DNA of 64,000 nucleotides, taken from contig CBDETY010000003.1 of assembly GCA_965243025.1 (NCBI GenBank), positions 896,001 to 960,000 on the forward strand, given 5' to 3'. Both the position numbers and the translations under genes were made by a program. Shown in pieces: positions 1-10,975 of this stretch. Source of the DNA: Candidatus Latescibacterota bacterium. GTDB taxonomy: Bacteria; Latescibacterota; UBA2968; UBA8231. A model generated the notes under the pieces. That model was given only the letters and a program-made list of their open reading frames with translations. It had not been told where the DNA came from and ran no database searches. Position 1 is the stretch's first letter, and each line of letters begins with the position of its first letter.

Positions 1-3000
1 CTGTCGGATGCCTGGGTCATCGCGGCCTGGCTGAACGATCCGTCTGATCCGGTGCTGCCGGCAGGGATCGGGGAACCGGTGGCTGCGGCCACGGCTTCGC
101 TGTCGCCGGACCCTTCGACGGTGTCCTTTGCCGACGACGGGGCCTGGCACCGCTTCACGGTCGAGGCTGGCGAGCCGGTCTCGGTGGTGGTCAACCCGGC
201 TGGGACTCCCCCGGGGCTGGAGATCACGACCCGCAGCGGCCGGGGCAACTACTGCCCGGCAGAAGCCGACGACGACGTATCGCGCGAGAACGGCCAGGCC
301 GTCTACCTGTCGGGGTGCGCCGCGGGAGAGGCCACGGTAGAGCTGCGGCGGGAATCGGATGGCACGGTCCTGCGGACCTACACCTTCGAGGTGACCGGCA
401 GCCCGGCGGACCTGGTCGTGGAGTCGATTTCGGTCAGCGACAGCACCCTGACGCCGGGGCAGTCCTTCACCCTGAGCGCCACGGTCCGCAACCAGGGGAC
501 GGGACCGTCGGAGGCAACCACGCTGCGCTACTACCGCTCGACCAACCGGACGATCTCCACCCGGGACAGGCGAATAGGAACGGATGCGGTGAGTGCCCTG
601 TCCGCTGCAGCCACCAGTGCCGAGTCGATCCGGCTGACCGCGCCATCGGCGGAAGGCACCTGGTATTACGGGGCCTGTGTGGTCAGCGTCGGCGGCGAGA
701 GCGCAGGGAACAACTGTTCCAGGGCGGTGACCGTAACCGTCAAGGCGGCCACGGAGGAGGTTGGGACAGGCGGGGACGGCGGAACAGGAGGAGAAGACAG
801 GGACCTGATCATTCAGTCGTTTAAGGTCAGCGATGACAACCTGACGGCAGGACAGTCGTTTACGTTTGAGACAGTGATACATAATCAAGGGACGGAGGCA
901 CGGTCCACATGGCTGATTTTATACCGCTCGAACGACTCGACTATCGACAGTACCGACCCAGTGATCGCGGATTACCAAGGCCCCGGAAGGTTAGAATCCA
1001 CGGCCACCTATACGGTGTCGATTGACTGGCAAGCCCCACCGTATGCAGGCACGTACTACTATGGGGTCTGCGACTCAGACAGGAAGGTCACGAACTGCTC
1101 CAGCGGCGTACGGGTGACCGTCGAAGGCAGCGAGGGGGGCACCCCGGATCTGACCGTTCATCCTCTTTCGGTCGGCCATCCGATCCGGGCCCCTGGAGGC
1201 AAGACTTCCATCGTAATGGTGGTTGAGAACATAGGATCCGGCCCAGCGGCCTCAACGTCGATGCGCCTCTACCGCTCGGACGACGCGACCATCGACGCCA
1301 ACGACAACCGGGAAAACGTTCTGGCCCTGGGTCATACTCTGGGTCCTGGGGGGAAGCGAATCTGGACAAATCATACCGGAGTTCCACACTTGGCAGGCAC
1401 GTACTACTACGCATTGTGCGTCGATCCAACGATCGGCGAGACCAATATTGATAATAACTGCTCGACCGCCGTACGCGTAACTGTCGAGGACAGCGAGGGG
1501 GGGAGTCCGGACCTGATTGTTTTTGCGCCCGGGATCCTCGATCACAGGCCAGCGGCGGGGGAGTTTCGGCTGTGGGCGTCAGTGAAAAACATAGGAACCG
1601 GTCTCTCCAAGGGTAGTACGCTGCGCTTCTACCGCTCGGACGACGCGACCATCGACGCCAACGACACACAAGTCCGCATCCAGAGCATAATCTGGTTAGG
1701 GGTAGGAGAGGTCTTTGCCAACCCCCCTGCCTATGGTGATCCGGACGGTTCTGACGGTTCTTCTGATATTGTGCGGGCTCCGACAAGTCCCGGCATGTAC
1801 TACTACGGTGCCTGCCTCGATCCAGTTCCCGGCGAGAGCGATACGAGCAACAACTGCTCGGAGGCAGTGCCCATGAACGTCGGGGTTCCGGACCTGGCGA
1901 TCGGTTTGGCCTGGGTCAGCACGAGCGTCCCGCTGGCGGGGCAGTCGTTCATGCTGACGGCGACCGTGAGAAACCAGGGCCCCGAGGCAGCCGCCTCAAC
2001 CATGCTGCGCTACTACCGCTCGGACGACGCGACCATCGACGCCAACGACACGCCAATCGGCACCGGCACCGTCAGCAGCCTCATGGGATTCGACGGCCTC
2101 GCCAGCGGACCTGGAAGTCGACTTGCCCCCTCCGGCAGGAGCCGACAGGCAATCCGTGTCAGTGCGCCTTCCCGTCCCGGCACGTACTACTACGGCGCCT
2201 GCGCCGATGCCGTTCCCAATGAGGCCAATACGGACAACAACTGCTCTTCCGGGGCCTATGTTCGGGTCGTCCCTTCCGGGGAGGACCCCTTCAATATCGA
2301 ACTGGTCTTCGATGGCGACTTTACCGACGCGCGCAAGGATGTGATGCGGCAAGCGGCCCGGCACTGGGAGACCATCATTTTAGAGGGCCTGCCGGATGTG
2401 GACTTCTCGGCCAATCCGCATACGGTCGATTTTTCCCCTGCTCCGACTATTGTCGTGGACGATACGGTGGACGACCTGCGGATCATGGTCTACAAGGACG
2501 ATCGTGAGTTTATTGGGGGGTTAGGGCGACCGGACTATGTGCGATCAGGCAACCCGACCGGGCTGCCGGCCCTGGGCCAAGTTTGGATTGGAGAGACCTT
2601 CCTTGCCCACACGCAGCAATGGGACCCGCTGTGGATGGAGGAGCGCCTTCTGCGGGACCTGATGCTCCACGAGATCACGCACGTTCTTGGATTCGGGCCG
2701 TTCCTCTGGATGGAATTGGATTTGCTCCATGACTTGGAGGGAGATACATACTTCAGCGGTGAACGAGCCATCGAAGCCTTCAACGCCGCGGGCGGCGAGA
2801 GCTACAGCGGGAACAAGGTCCCCCTGGGGGGTGGGGGGGGGTTGGGGGGTTGTGGGGCAGCCGCTCATTGGCGACCGCATGTGTTTCAGGGCCTCTTTCG
2901 GCATTTTGGGAGCGAGATGATGGAACCTTTTCTGCAGAGGGGCTCCGCACTCAGTGCGATCACCATCCAGTCCATCGCCGATCTCGGCTACGTCGTCGAT

Positions 3001-3168
3001 GTCGGTCGGGCGGATCCGTACAGGCTCCCCGCTTCAGTAGACACTTACCGCTCCCTCACGCCAACCGCCAAGCCCGTCGCCAGCCTTGACTTGGCTTTGG
3101 GAACCCTTGGGACGATCTACGTAGGCGATGAGCAGGGACGCATCAGCCACACCATAAGCGACGACTGA
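1..3168 (+). CDS. Secreted modular protein, 5'-partial: dockerin-like remnant, five CARDB-like repeats, C-terminal leishmanolysin (M8)-like zinc metallopeptidase
   Basis: Frame is open from base 1 (LSDAWVIAAWLNDPSDPVLPAGIG, similar to the dockerin-like segment of 13082..17581). Repeated DL...VRNQG...LRYYRS...GTYYYGAC...NNCS units; HEITHVLGFG followed by a distal HW and an EMM...SAITIQSIADLGY motif. Confidence 0.85.
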   Translation: MSDAWVIAAWLNDPSDPVLPAGIGEPVAAATASLSPDPSTVSFADDGAWHRFTVEAGEPVSVVVNPAGTPPGLEITTRSGRGNYCPAEADDDVSRENGQAVYLSGCAAGEATVELRRESDGTVLRTYTFEVTGSPADLVVESISVSDSTLTPGQSFTLSATVRNQGTGPSEATTLRYYRSTNRTISTRDRRIGTDAVSALSAAATSAESIRLTAPSAEGTWYYGACVVSVGGESAGNNCSRAVTVTVKAATEEVGTGGDGGTGGEDRDLIIQSFKVSDDNLTAGQSFTFETVIHNQGTEARSTWLILYRSNDSTIDSTDPVIADYQGPGRLESTATYTVSIDWQAPPYAGTYYYGVCDSDRKVTNCSSGVRVTVEGSEGGTPDLTVHPLSVGHPIRAPGGKTSIVMVVENIGSGPAASTSMRLYRSDDATIDANDNRENVLALGHTLGPGGKRIWTNHTGVPHLAGTYYYALCVDPTIGETNIDNNCSTAVRVTVEDSEGGSPDLIVFAPGILDHRPAAGEFRLWASVKNIGTGLSKGSTLRFYRSDDATIDANDTQVRIQSIIWLGVGEVFANPPAYGDPDGSDGSSDIVRAPTSPGMYYYGACLDPVPGESDTSNNCSEAVPMNVGVPDLAIGLAWVSTSVPLAGQSFMLTATVRNQGPEAAASTMLRYYRSDDATIDANDTPIGTGTVSSLMGFDGLASGPGSRLAPSGRSRQAIRVSAPSRPGTYYYGACADAVPNEANTDNNCSSGAYVRVVPSGEDPFNIELVFDGDFTDARKDVMRQAARHWETIILEGLPDVDFSANPHTVDFSPAPTIVVDDTVDDLRIMVYKDDREFIGGLGRPDYVRSGNPTGLPALGQVWIGETFLAHTQQWDPLWMEERLLRDLMLHEITHVLGFGPFLWMELDLLHDLEGDTYFSGERAIEAFNAAGGESYSGNKVPLGGGGGLGGCGAAAHWRPHVFQGLFRHFGSEMMEPFLQRGSALSAITIQSIADLGYVVDVGRADPYRLPASVDTYRSLTPTAKPVASLDLALGTLGTIYVGDEQGRISHTISDD

Positions 3169-3354
3169 GCGGGTAGATTTGCACAGAGGCGGCGGGAGCT
3201 GTAATCGCAAGGCGCTCTGGTCGGGGCTGTTTCCAGGTGGCTTACTCAGTATGTTGATCGGGTCGGCCATACCCGTAGATAGAAGGAAGGACCGATGAAT
3301 TCGGAACCCCCAAGATAGCCAGTCCGATACATCCAAATTTCACGGAGAACCCTT

Positions 3355-3903
3355 ATGCGATCAGCAGTCCTTTTGATGTTGTTGCCCATGTCGTTGGGAG
3401 CACAGCTCCAGGGTGAATGGGGCGGGCATCGAGAGAATGAAGCGGAATTCCGCATCACTCTCGGAGACGGTGAATTCTCGTTCACGGTCATAACCGAGGT
3501 GGAAGAAGGTCTCCTGGCGTTCACGATGGAAAGCACCATGCGAGGCACCTGGAGTGCTTCCGGGGATTCCCTGAGTCTCATTCCCGAGGGAGATTGGGAC
3601 ATTCTCATCGATGGAGGGACGGTGGAAGCATTCATACGCAAGCAATTCGAGGACGCCGGGCTCGAAGTTCCGGATGACGAAGCCATTGCGGAGCTGATTG
3701 CCGAGTTTCGCGGGGACGCTCCACCCCCTGAACCCGCTCTCTTTCTGTATCAATTGGATGGAGATACCCTGAGGTTGGGAGTGGGAGTAGCCGTATGTCT
3801 CGCACTGGGATGTCCAGAGATCGAAGTAATGACTTTTTCCCGGTTGAGTGTCCCGACCTCCGTACAACCAACCACCTGGGGAACAGTCAAGAAGCGAATG
3901 TAG
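3355..3903 (+). CDS. Secreted acidic hypothetical protein with C-terminal TTWGTVKK tail; near-identical paralog at 53060..53608
   Basis: GGAGA RBS, N-terminal signal peptide, 182-aa ORF conserved in an inverted second copy. Confidence 0.85.
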   Translation: MRSAVLLMLLPMSLGAQLQGEWGGHRENEAEFRITLGDGEFSFTVITEVEEGLLAFTMESTMRGTWSASGDSLSLIPEGDWDILIDGGTVEAFIRKQFEDAGLEVPDDEAIAELIAEFRGDAPPPEPALFLYQLDGDTLRLGVGVAVCLALGCPEIEVMTFSRLSVPTSVQPTTWGTVKKRM

Positions 3904-4131
3904 GCACCACTTGCTCCCGGATGGTTGGGCCGCGAGCCACATACGGGAGGACTCGAAAGGTTAAGTTGCCATGCCGGAATCATAGAGTCGAGGAATGCCA
4001 TTGGAATCATCGCCCAACACATCAACAGAGTCGACACGGAACAGCACCGCAGCTGTTGACCGCAGTCTGACAGAGAGGACCTCAATGCCCCCTGAAGAAG
4101 CTTGGAGCACGTTACAAGGAGAACCGTCCTG

Positions 4132-4715
4132 ATGAAAGCTCGAACTCTGTTCACTCGGGCATACCAAATTCCTGTTGTCGGTCTGCTCGTGCTGTCCGGC
4201 CTCTTTTCCATTGCCCGCCCCGTTTCGGGGCAGACGCAGGAAGCGTGTCCACTTCCTCCCGGCGTGACGCCTCCTGCGAATCCGACAGTGACGGCGCAAC
4301 AGGTGGAAGACGGCAGCGCCAGCCTGATGGACTTCGTGCTGGCCCTGAAAAATCATTCCGGAGCTCAGCCAGGTATCGGCGAGTTTGCACAGGATGTTGC
4401 ATCTTGGATGTCTCTACAGGCAGGAGGGGGGGCCGTACCGTTCCGGTTCCACCTACCTCATTCAACTGACGCCCGACGGCAGGCTGTCCGCTCACGCAAA
4501 GAACATGTCCTTGTCGGGCCGGCTACTCAACCCCGTGATTTATGGAGCGATCATTCAGGCATTGGGAATCACCCCAGCCGACCTCACCGACCGTGCTGCG
4601 GCCCTGGCCGCTTTTACTGACGCGTTAGCCGGGGACGGCGGCCCGTTCAATGTGCCCGATATCCCAGGGGCTTCCGGCTATGCCGCCGCAATTACATCGC
4701 CCAGTTTCCAGACCC
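4132..4715 (+). pseudogene. Frameshifted, 3'-truncated paralog of the Cache-like secreted protein at 53863..55698
   Basis: MKARTL...GQTQEACPLPPGVTP and, in a second frame, GSTYLIQLTPDGR...LSGRLLNPVIYGAI match the intact paralog. Ends at an IS fragment. Confidence 0.85.
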
Positions 4716-4719
4716 CGAA

Positions 4720-4936
4720 TCGGCAAAAGTCGAGAAAACCGATGCCAATCCATACAACCCTCTCGGCGTTCCCTTTCCGGTGAGCTTGCGCATCACCAGC
4801 CCGAGATTGAAGGCGCCGCCATGAATACACAGACGCTTGTAGATGTTGGTGTGGCCGCGCAGGTGGGTGCGGCGCATGCCTCCCGTTTCGTAGGTATGAG
4901 CGAAACTGCGCTCCACATGCTCGGCGCGAAGCCGCT
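4720..4936 (-). mobile_element. 3' fragment of the IS1182/IS5-like transposase that is intact at 36918..38267
   Basis: RLRAEHVERSFAHTYETGGMRRTHLRGHTNIYKRLCIHGGAFNLGLVMRK is identical to the intact copy. Boundaries approximate. Confidence 0.9.
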
Positions 4937-5085
4937 CGCCGACCAGGGCTTCCAAGGCGACTTTGGCCTTGAATTGGGCGGAGAAGCTACGTCGTTTTCC
5001 CATGTCTCCATTCCTTCCGTAAAGGGGTTTGGAATCCACCTAACGTAACTGTGAATTCCGGGGGCCACTTCTGTCGGGGCTGGTC
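4937..5085 (-). mobile_element. 5' fragment of an IS3-family-like orfA, fused in frame to the IS1182-like fragment
   Basis: MGKRRSFSAQFKAKVALEALVGE is a typical IS3 OrfA N-terminus with a GGAG RBS. Upstream boundary approximate. Confidence 0.7.
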
Positions 5086-5127
5086 GCCCTTGCCTAATCA
5101 AGAAAGGAAAGATGAAGAAGAATAGAG

Positions 5128-5195
5128 GCGGAGTCACGCCGGCAGGAAGGGGACACGCTTCCTGCGGTCTGTCCCAAAGCGGGGCGGACAGAAGA
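5128..5195 (-). pseudogene. Short internal fragment of the Cache-like secreted protein family (SSVRPALGQT/QEACPLPAGVTPP)
   Basis: Reverse complement aligns with 4205..4275 and about 55555..55620, with one extra base. Confidence 0.75.
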
Positions 5196-5222
5196 GGAAC
5201 CCTGAAACTGAAAATTGTTACA

Positions 5223-7970
5223 ATGAAATTTTCAGCAAGGATCGGGGTTATTTTCTGGTCATTGACTGTCCAGGCTTCTACATTCGATTACAACCCTATC
5301 CATTCTCCTGCTAAGCTCGTCTCTTCTACAGAATACAACGTCCGGGTAATCTATTTCCTTCCAAATGATCGCACTCCGCAGGATGGAATATATGCACAGA
5401 TAGATTCCCTGGTGAAAAGCGCACAGCGGTTTTACGCTGATGAGATGGAGAGGCATGGTTTCGGAAGAAAGACATTTGAGCTGGAAACCGACGATTCCGG
5501 ACATACCGCAGTGCATCATGTCATAGGAAAGTTTGACAATTCGCACTATGGGCGAGGTACACTTTCCAAAGTGGATGAAGAAATCCCATATACCCCGAAT
5601 AATGTCGATCTAATCTGGATAGACATTGACGACGATGAGGGATTTTCGCAAATAGGGGGTGCGGGCGGGGGAGACTCGCATAGCGGAAGAGCCAGCGTGA
5701 CCGCAACCAATTTCGGTACAGCGCCCCCACTCGTTTACATCGACGCTTGGGTTGCCATTGTGCACGAACTTGGGCATGCTTTCGGATTACCTCACGACTA
5801 CCGCAGTGATCGTTACATGATGTCTTATGGAGATTTCATATTAAAGGATCAACTGTCAAAGAGTGCCGCAGAATGGCTGGATGCCCACCGCTATTTCAAT
5901 ACCGAACAAACCTCCATTGATCACCTCTTAACGGTTCAGATGCTTTCCCCGTCGCTTGAATCTCCGCCTAATTCTATCCGTCTTAACTTTTCGGTAAGAG
6001 ATCCGGATGGGCTCCACACGGCACGACTGATTACGAATTCGATAGATCCAGGAAAGGAGCAGGCAGACAAGGTACTTGATCACACATCCTTGGACGGAGA
6101 AAGGGATGCCGAGATAGAATTTGTCACAACTGAATTGGCCGCGAGAAGCCAGAATGTAGCGCTGTATGTGATGGATACATTTGGTAATTTCATCCGGACA
6201 CAATTCGAGATCGACGTTGCCTCTCTGCGGGCTACCTCGGAAACAGTGACGATACCTGATCCGGAATTAGAATCTGCTATTCGGGAAAACCTGAACTTGC
6301 CCTCCGGATCTATAACCCAGCTTGATATCCTGGATCTTACTACTCTAGCCGCATCCAATTACCGTATAAAGGATCTCACCGGACTTGAACACGCAACGAA
6401 TCTGAAGTATCTGGATCTGAATGAGAATCAGATTAGCGACCTCAGCCCCTTAAATGAGTTAGTACGCCTAAGATCCATTCTGGTAATCAGGAATCAAATC
6501 ACCGATTTGATTCCCCTTTCCGACTTGACTGAATTGAGTGAGTTATGGGCCTGGGACAATCAGATTAACGATATCGCTCCTCTCTCGAAATTGACCTATT
6601 TGACCAATTTGCAGGTGGGTGGCAATCAGGTTGAGGATCTTTCCCCCCTGGACGGATTGACGAAAATACGCATCTTGGGTCTGCAGTATAATCGAATTCG
6701 CGATATCACTTCCCTTGCACGCCTTCCCTTATTGGGCGAACTCTTTCTAATGGGAAACCAGATTGAAGATTTAACCTCACTCTCTGGATTGGGCTATCTA
6801 GAGGAATTGGGCCTGGCGGGAAATCCGGTTTCCGATACTTCTCCGCTTCGCGGACCACTGCGTCGGTATCCAGATATGGAAATTGACGTCGAGGTCACGC
6901 TGCTTTTGTTGGTCAAGATATCCGGGGATGAACAAGAAGGATCGTCGGGGACTACGTTGGCCAATCCCTTGGTTGTGGAAGTTTGGGACCTGTACGACAA
7001 TCCTTTGCCTGATGAGACGGTCACCTTTTCAATTGACGCCGGAGGCGGTACCCTGTCTGAAACCACCGCTACCACCGACATCGACGGCCGGGCTTCCACT
7101 ACCCTGACCCTGGGGCGCGATCCCGGAAGGAATACCGTGGTCGCAAGGGTTGCCGAGTTGAAGCCGGTGGTTTTCAGCGCAACCGGACTGGCCATTCCCA
7201 CCACCCTTGCCAAAGTCTCGGGCGACGAGAAGCAGGGAGCGGCCGGTTCCGCCCTGGCCGACCCGTTTGTCGTCGAGGTTCGAGACCAGAACAACGATCC
7301 GCTTGTAGGAGCCGAGGTCACCTTCGCGGTCACCGCTGGCGGCGGGACGCTATCTGCAACAACGGCCACCACCGATGCTGACGGCCGCGCTGCCGCCACT
7401 CTCACCCTGAGAGTGCCCGGAGCCAACACCGTAACCGCATCCGTGGAGGGCCTCGCCCCAGTGACCTTCACCGCCACCGCAAAGGTTTCCACCGACTTCG
7501 ACGGAGACGGCGAGACCGACTTCAGCGACTTCTTCCTCTTCGCAGACGCCTTCGGCAGCAGCGACCCCCGCTTCGACCTCGACGGCAGCGGCAGCGTCGA
7601 CTTCGCCGACTTCTTCCTGCTGGCCGACCACTTCTCCGATCCTGCCCGCGGCAAGCTGCTGGCCATGGCTCGGGAGATGATCGGACTGCCCGACGGCCCC
7701 CAGCTGCAGCAGAACGCCCCCAATCCGTTCAACAGCCAGACCGTGATTTCCTGGTTTCTGCTGCGGCCGGGAACGGCACGGGTGGAGGTGTTTGCCCTGA
7801 CCGGGCAGCGGGTGGCGGTCTTGCATCAGGGCCCGAAGAAGGCCGGCGTCCACCGCGTGCACTGGAATGGCCGCGACGACCGGGGTCGCCCCCTTGCCAG
7901 CGGGGTCTATCTCTACCGGCTGGTTACAAACGAGAACGTTCAGACGCGCAAGCTCACCCTGCTGAGATAG
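5223..7970 (+). CDS. Secreted metzincin-like metallopeptidase with internalin-like LRRs, Big-1-like Ig domains, dockerin/EF-hand-like module and FlgD-Ig/T9SS-like C-terminal domain
   Basis: HELGHAFGLPHD...YMMSYG; NQIxDLSPL repeats; DFDGDGETDFSDFFLF; QNAPNPFN...TRKLTLLR. Start chosen at the ATG that gives a signal-like N-terminus. Confidence 0.88.
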   Translation: MKFSARIGVIFWSLTVQASTFDYNPIHSPAKLVSSTEYNVRVIYFLPNDRTPQDGIYAQIDSLVKSAQRFYADEMERHGFGRKTFELETDDSGHTAVHHVIGKFDNSHYGRGTLSKVDEEIPYTPNNVDLIWIDIDDDEGFSQIGGAGGGDSHSGRASVTATNFGTAPPLVYIDAWVAIVHELGHAFGLPHDYRSDRYMMSYGDFILKDQLSKSAAEWLDAHRYFNTEQTSIDHLLTVQMLSPSLESPPNSIRLNFSVRDPDGLHTARLITNSIDPGKEQADKVLDHTSLDGERDAEIEFVTTELAARSQNVALYVMDTFGNFIRTQFEIDVASLRATSETVTIPDPELESAIRENLNLPSGSITQLDILDLTTLAASNYRIKDLTGLEHATNLKYLDLNENQISDLSPLNELVRLRSILVIRNQITDLIPLSDLTELSELWAWDNQINDIAPLSKLTYLTNLQVGGNQVEDLSPLDGLTKIRILGLQYNRIRDITSLARLPLLGELFLMGNQIEDLTSLSGLGYLEELGLAGNPVSDTSPLRGPLRRYPDMEIDVEVTLLLLVKISGDEQEGSSGTTLANPLVVEVWDLYDNPLPDETVTFSIDAGGGTLSETTATTDIDGRASTTLTLGRDPGRNTVVARVAELKPVVFSATGLAIPTTLAKVSGDEKQGAAGSALADPFVVEVRDQNNDPLVGAEVTFAVTAGGGTLSATTATTDADGRAAATLTLRVPGANTVTASVEGLAPVTFTATAKVSTDFDGDGETDFSDFFLFADAFGSSDPRFDLDGSGSVDFADFFLLADHFSDPARGKLLAMAREMIGLPDGPQLQQNAPNPFNSQTVISWFLLRPGTARVEVFALTGQRVAVLHQGPKKAGVHRVHWNGRDDRGRPLASGVYLYRLVTNENVQTRKLTLLR

Positions 7971-8024
7971 CTCTATTTTCTCACCCCGCCCAACCCCCCT
8001 TTTATTTGGCCAAATTTCCAGTGC

Positions 8025-8625
8025 TCCTATCGCCACCCTTGAAGGCCAAATGTCTGGGATCCTTTCGGTATCGCTTTCGCCCGATGGCGCCACCCTTGCT
8101 TTCGGATCAGGGGATGGTACGATTCTGTTGTGGGACGTGGCCGAGTTGACTGAGCTCCGCCCACTCGCCCTGGAGATCATCTCCGGGGGACGAGCAGCAG
8201 GGGCCGGCCGGTTCCGCGTTGGGCCAGCCGTTTGTCGTCTTGGTGCCGGACCAGAACGGGGCCATGTATCCGGGGCCACCGTCACTTCGAAATCACCTCC
8301 GGCGACGGGACCCTGACCCTGGGGCGCGAACCGGAGACCGTCACCGTGGTGGCGACCGTGGCCGGCTTCGGTCCCGTGACCTTCACCGCAACCGCCAAGG
8401 CGACCCCCGACCTCGACGGCGACGGCGAGACTGGCTTCTCCGACTTTTCCTGCTGGCCGACGCCTTGCGGCAGCGACCCCCGCATCGACCTCGACGGCAG
8501 GGGCACCAGTCGACTTCTCCGGCTTCTCTTCGCCGACCAATTCGCGGATCCGGCAAGGGGCATTCTGCTGGCCCTGGCCCGGGAACGGCTCGGACTGCAG
8601 GACGAACCGTAGTCTGCAGCAGAAC
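8025..8625 (+). pseudogene. Multiply frameshifted relic of a WD40-Ig-dockerin protein
   Basis: SPDGATLAFGSGDGTILLWDV, GREPETVTVVATVAG and PDLDGDGETGFSDF occur in three different frames. Confidence 0.85.
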
Positions 8626-8639
8626 GCCCCCCCGGGCTG

Positions 8640-8870
8640 CCCTCCCCCCTCGTAGTTCCGTAGCCGCACTTCGACCAGGGCAGTTCCTGAATCTCCCAGA
8701 CATACTCCATCTGATTGACCCCAGCAGCAACTGGCTTGCAGACCCAGAGGATCACCTCCCTCGATCAGGGGGGCAACCTCCTGACCGCCTGTTCTGTCAG
8801 TACGAAGCTGGCCCCAGCGCCGCGGCCCCGAACACGCGACGCCCTTTTCTCCGGGAACCGCCTGCCTCAG
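8640..8870 (-). mobile_element. Condensed IS256-like transposase relic, copy A
   Basis: Shares GGCTACGGAACTA and upstream GGAGATTCAGGAAC blocks with copies near 10450, 39780 and 42350; translates to VEVRLRNYE. Family call from recalled motifs; boundaries approximate. Confidence 0.5.
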
Positions 8871-8961
8871 CGGGGCGTTGCTGTTAGTGGCCTCGACGTA
8901 CACCGAGGGGGGTTTACTTGTGGGTAGTCCGAATCCCTTCATCAAAAAAAGGAGGTGCATC

Positions 8962-9606
8962 ATGCGCCGGATTCTCTCCTCTCTTTTGCTTTTTTTCCTT
9001 TTCGCCCTGCCGCTTACTGCTCAGGACGGCGCTCTTACCGGCAGTTGGGAAACGAACTTCACCGAGCCGGAAGTCGGCGACATCACCATTCGCCTGACCT
9101 TCGAGGAGGGCGGCGGTTTCCAGCTCGATCAGGTCATTACGGCATCGGATGATTTCCTGGCCGAAGCCGGAGACGCGGCTCCCCCCATAGAGGAGTTCAC
9201 CGCTCAGGGCACCGGCACCTACCGGGTCGAGGGGGACAGCCTTTTTGCCGACCTGACCAAACTGAGCATGTACGTCGACGGTCGTGACTTCGTCGAGGTC
9301 ATGACCGAGTTCGCCCGCGCCTTCGCCCGTATCGCCGCGGACCTCGGGGGAGTCTCCGATGAGGAGTACCCGGCCTTCGAGCAGGCGGCGGTCGAAGAGT
9401 TCCTGGCGGGGTTCAACCCAGAGGAGGAGTTTCTCGGCGATTTCACCGGGAACCTCGGCACCTACCGCATCGACGGCGACATCCTGTCGATCACCACCAC
9501 CCCGGTAGATGGCGAGGCCGAAACCGTAGAGCTGATGCGCATCGATTCGTCCACAGCCGTCGCCTCAACCACCTGGGGCAACCTGAAAGCGGATATGCGC
9601 CTGTAA
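8962..9606 (+). CDS. Secreted acidic hypothetical protein with C-terminal TAVASTTWGNLK tail
   Basis: AAGGAGGT RBS, signal peptide ending LTA-Q, repeated GTYR(V/I)xGD motif similar to GTWSASGD of 3355..3903. Confidence 0.88.
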   Translation: MRRILSSLLLFFLFALPLTAQDGALTGSWETNFTEPEVGDITIRLTFEEGGGFQLDQVITASDDFLAEAGDAAPPIEEFTAQGTGTYRVEGDSLFADLTKLSMYVDGRDFVEVMTEFARAFARIAADLGGVSDEEYPAFEQAAVEEFLAGFNPEEEFLGDFTGNLGTYRIDGDILSITTTPVDGEAETVELMRIDSSTAVASTTWGNLKADMRL

Positions 9607-9639
9607 GCGCGCGCCCGGCTGCGACTGATTGCCCGATTC

Positions 9640-10975
9640 CCCAGGCAAAACCAGGAATCCTTCAGATGGAGCCTGCCTGTCTTCTTTCAGGCGGATCTCG
9701 AAAGACCATGCCACGGAGGAAACCGAGGCAGATCGCTCGAGGGCCTGCACGAAACCCAAGGCGATGCCGATCTCCTCCTCGGCGAAGCCCTTACCGACGA
9801 GAAACAGAGCCATCAGGTCGATCCCTTGCAGAAAATTCCGCCAGCTTGCGGGATTCCCTCGCGCAGACCGCAGGTCCTGAACCGTCCAGATAAACGCACG
9901 GATGAGGGGTCCCGAGTTGTCTCCACGCCGGGTTCGACCCCTTCCGGCAAATTTCCCACATGGGAAAAATCGGCTGCCGTGAGATCTGCATCGGTCACCA
10001 GCAGGCCCTGTTTCCTGGTGACGCCGACGGCCTCGGCTCTTCTCGTCTTTGAAGATTTCCTACCGCGTGCAACACCGTCTGAGTATCTGCTGCAGGTTAC
10101 TGCCCCTGCGGCTCTGATTTCGTCACGCCCATAGCTCGGTCTTTCCAGCCTCTTCGTTGAGCCGCTTCCCCGAGTTCGTTCAGTTCTGCTCCCCGACCTT
10201 CTCCTCATACCTCAAAACCCGATCTCCTGCCCTCCGAGAATCCTCCGATGGCCACTTGCCCTGTCTTCCCCCAGCACCGGTTTCGGGAACCATGTTGGAG
10301 GAGAAAGCGGAGGCAAATTCTTCGACGTCCTGCTACGGAAACCCCAAACGATGGAGGGATCTCGTCGGCGAGGCCCTTGCCGTCAGAAGTAGTGCCTCAG
10401 GTCGATCCTTGCAGAAATTCCCTCAGCTTGCAAGGTACCCTCGCCGCAGGACCTCGTAGTTCCGTAGCCGTGCCTCGACGCAGCCGTTCCTGGAATCTCT
10501 CGGATACCCCGGGGATTGCCGCTTCAGAACCTTTGCCCCTCCGCGTCCTCTGGATTATCCGCAGACCGGCGTCTTCTTCTTACGCCTCGGGATCGTAGCG
10601 CGACTCCGTTCGCCGATTGCCGGGGACCGACCTACAAAGACCGGACCCCGGCTCCAGCTCGAAGGGGATCGGCTGGATGCTCATCCCTCTTGAATCGGGC
10701 CTTCCTGCACCCCCCGCCGTTCTCTTCGCTCTCCTTGTCCCTGCCGCCCTCTGCCCTCTGCAGAAACTAAAGTTTACCGCCGCCCTTACGGGGTTTTTCG
10801 AATCTCCAGAAAGATGGCTCTCCTGGATCAGATGTAATTTCTCGTTCGAGGGATGCCGGGCAAACGGCTGAGCTATCGGGATCTGCTGGCGACGGAGATT
10901 CCTCCGGTTCCCTTCACGCACCACCGGTCGGAGGAAAGGGCGAAGCTTTTCGAGTAGTCGGCAAGGTGAAATCAA
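9640..10975 (-). mobile_element. Two tandem degenerate IS256-like transposase relics, copies B (about 9640-9960) and C (about 9990-10975)
   Basis: Minus-strand fragments RKLAEF, IDLMALFLVGKGFAEEEIGIALGFVQ, ARLRNYE, KRLERPSYG and EKLHLIQE resemble conserved IS256-family segments in order. B and C share GCAAGCTG...TTCTGCAAGG-ATCGACCTGA. Confidence 0.55.
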
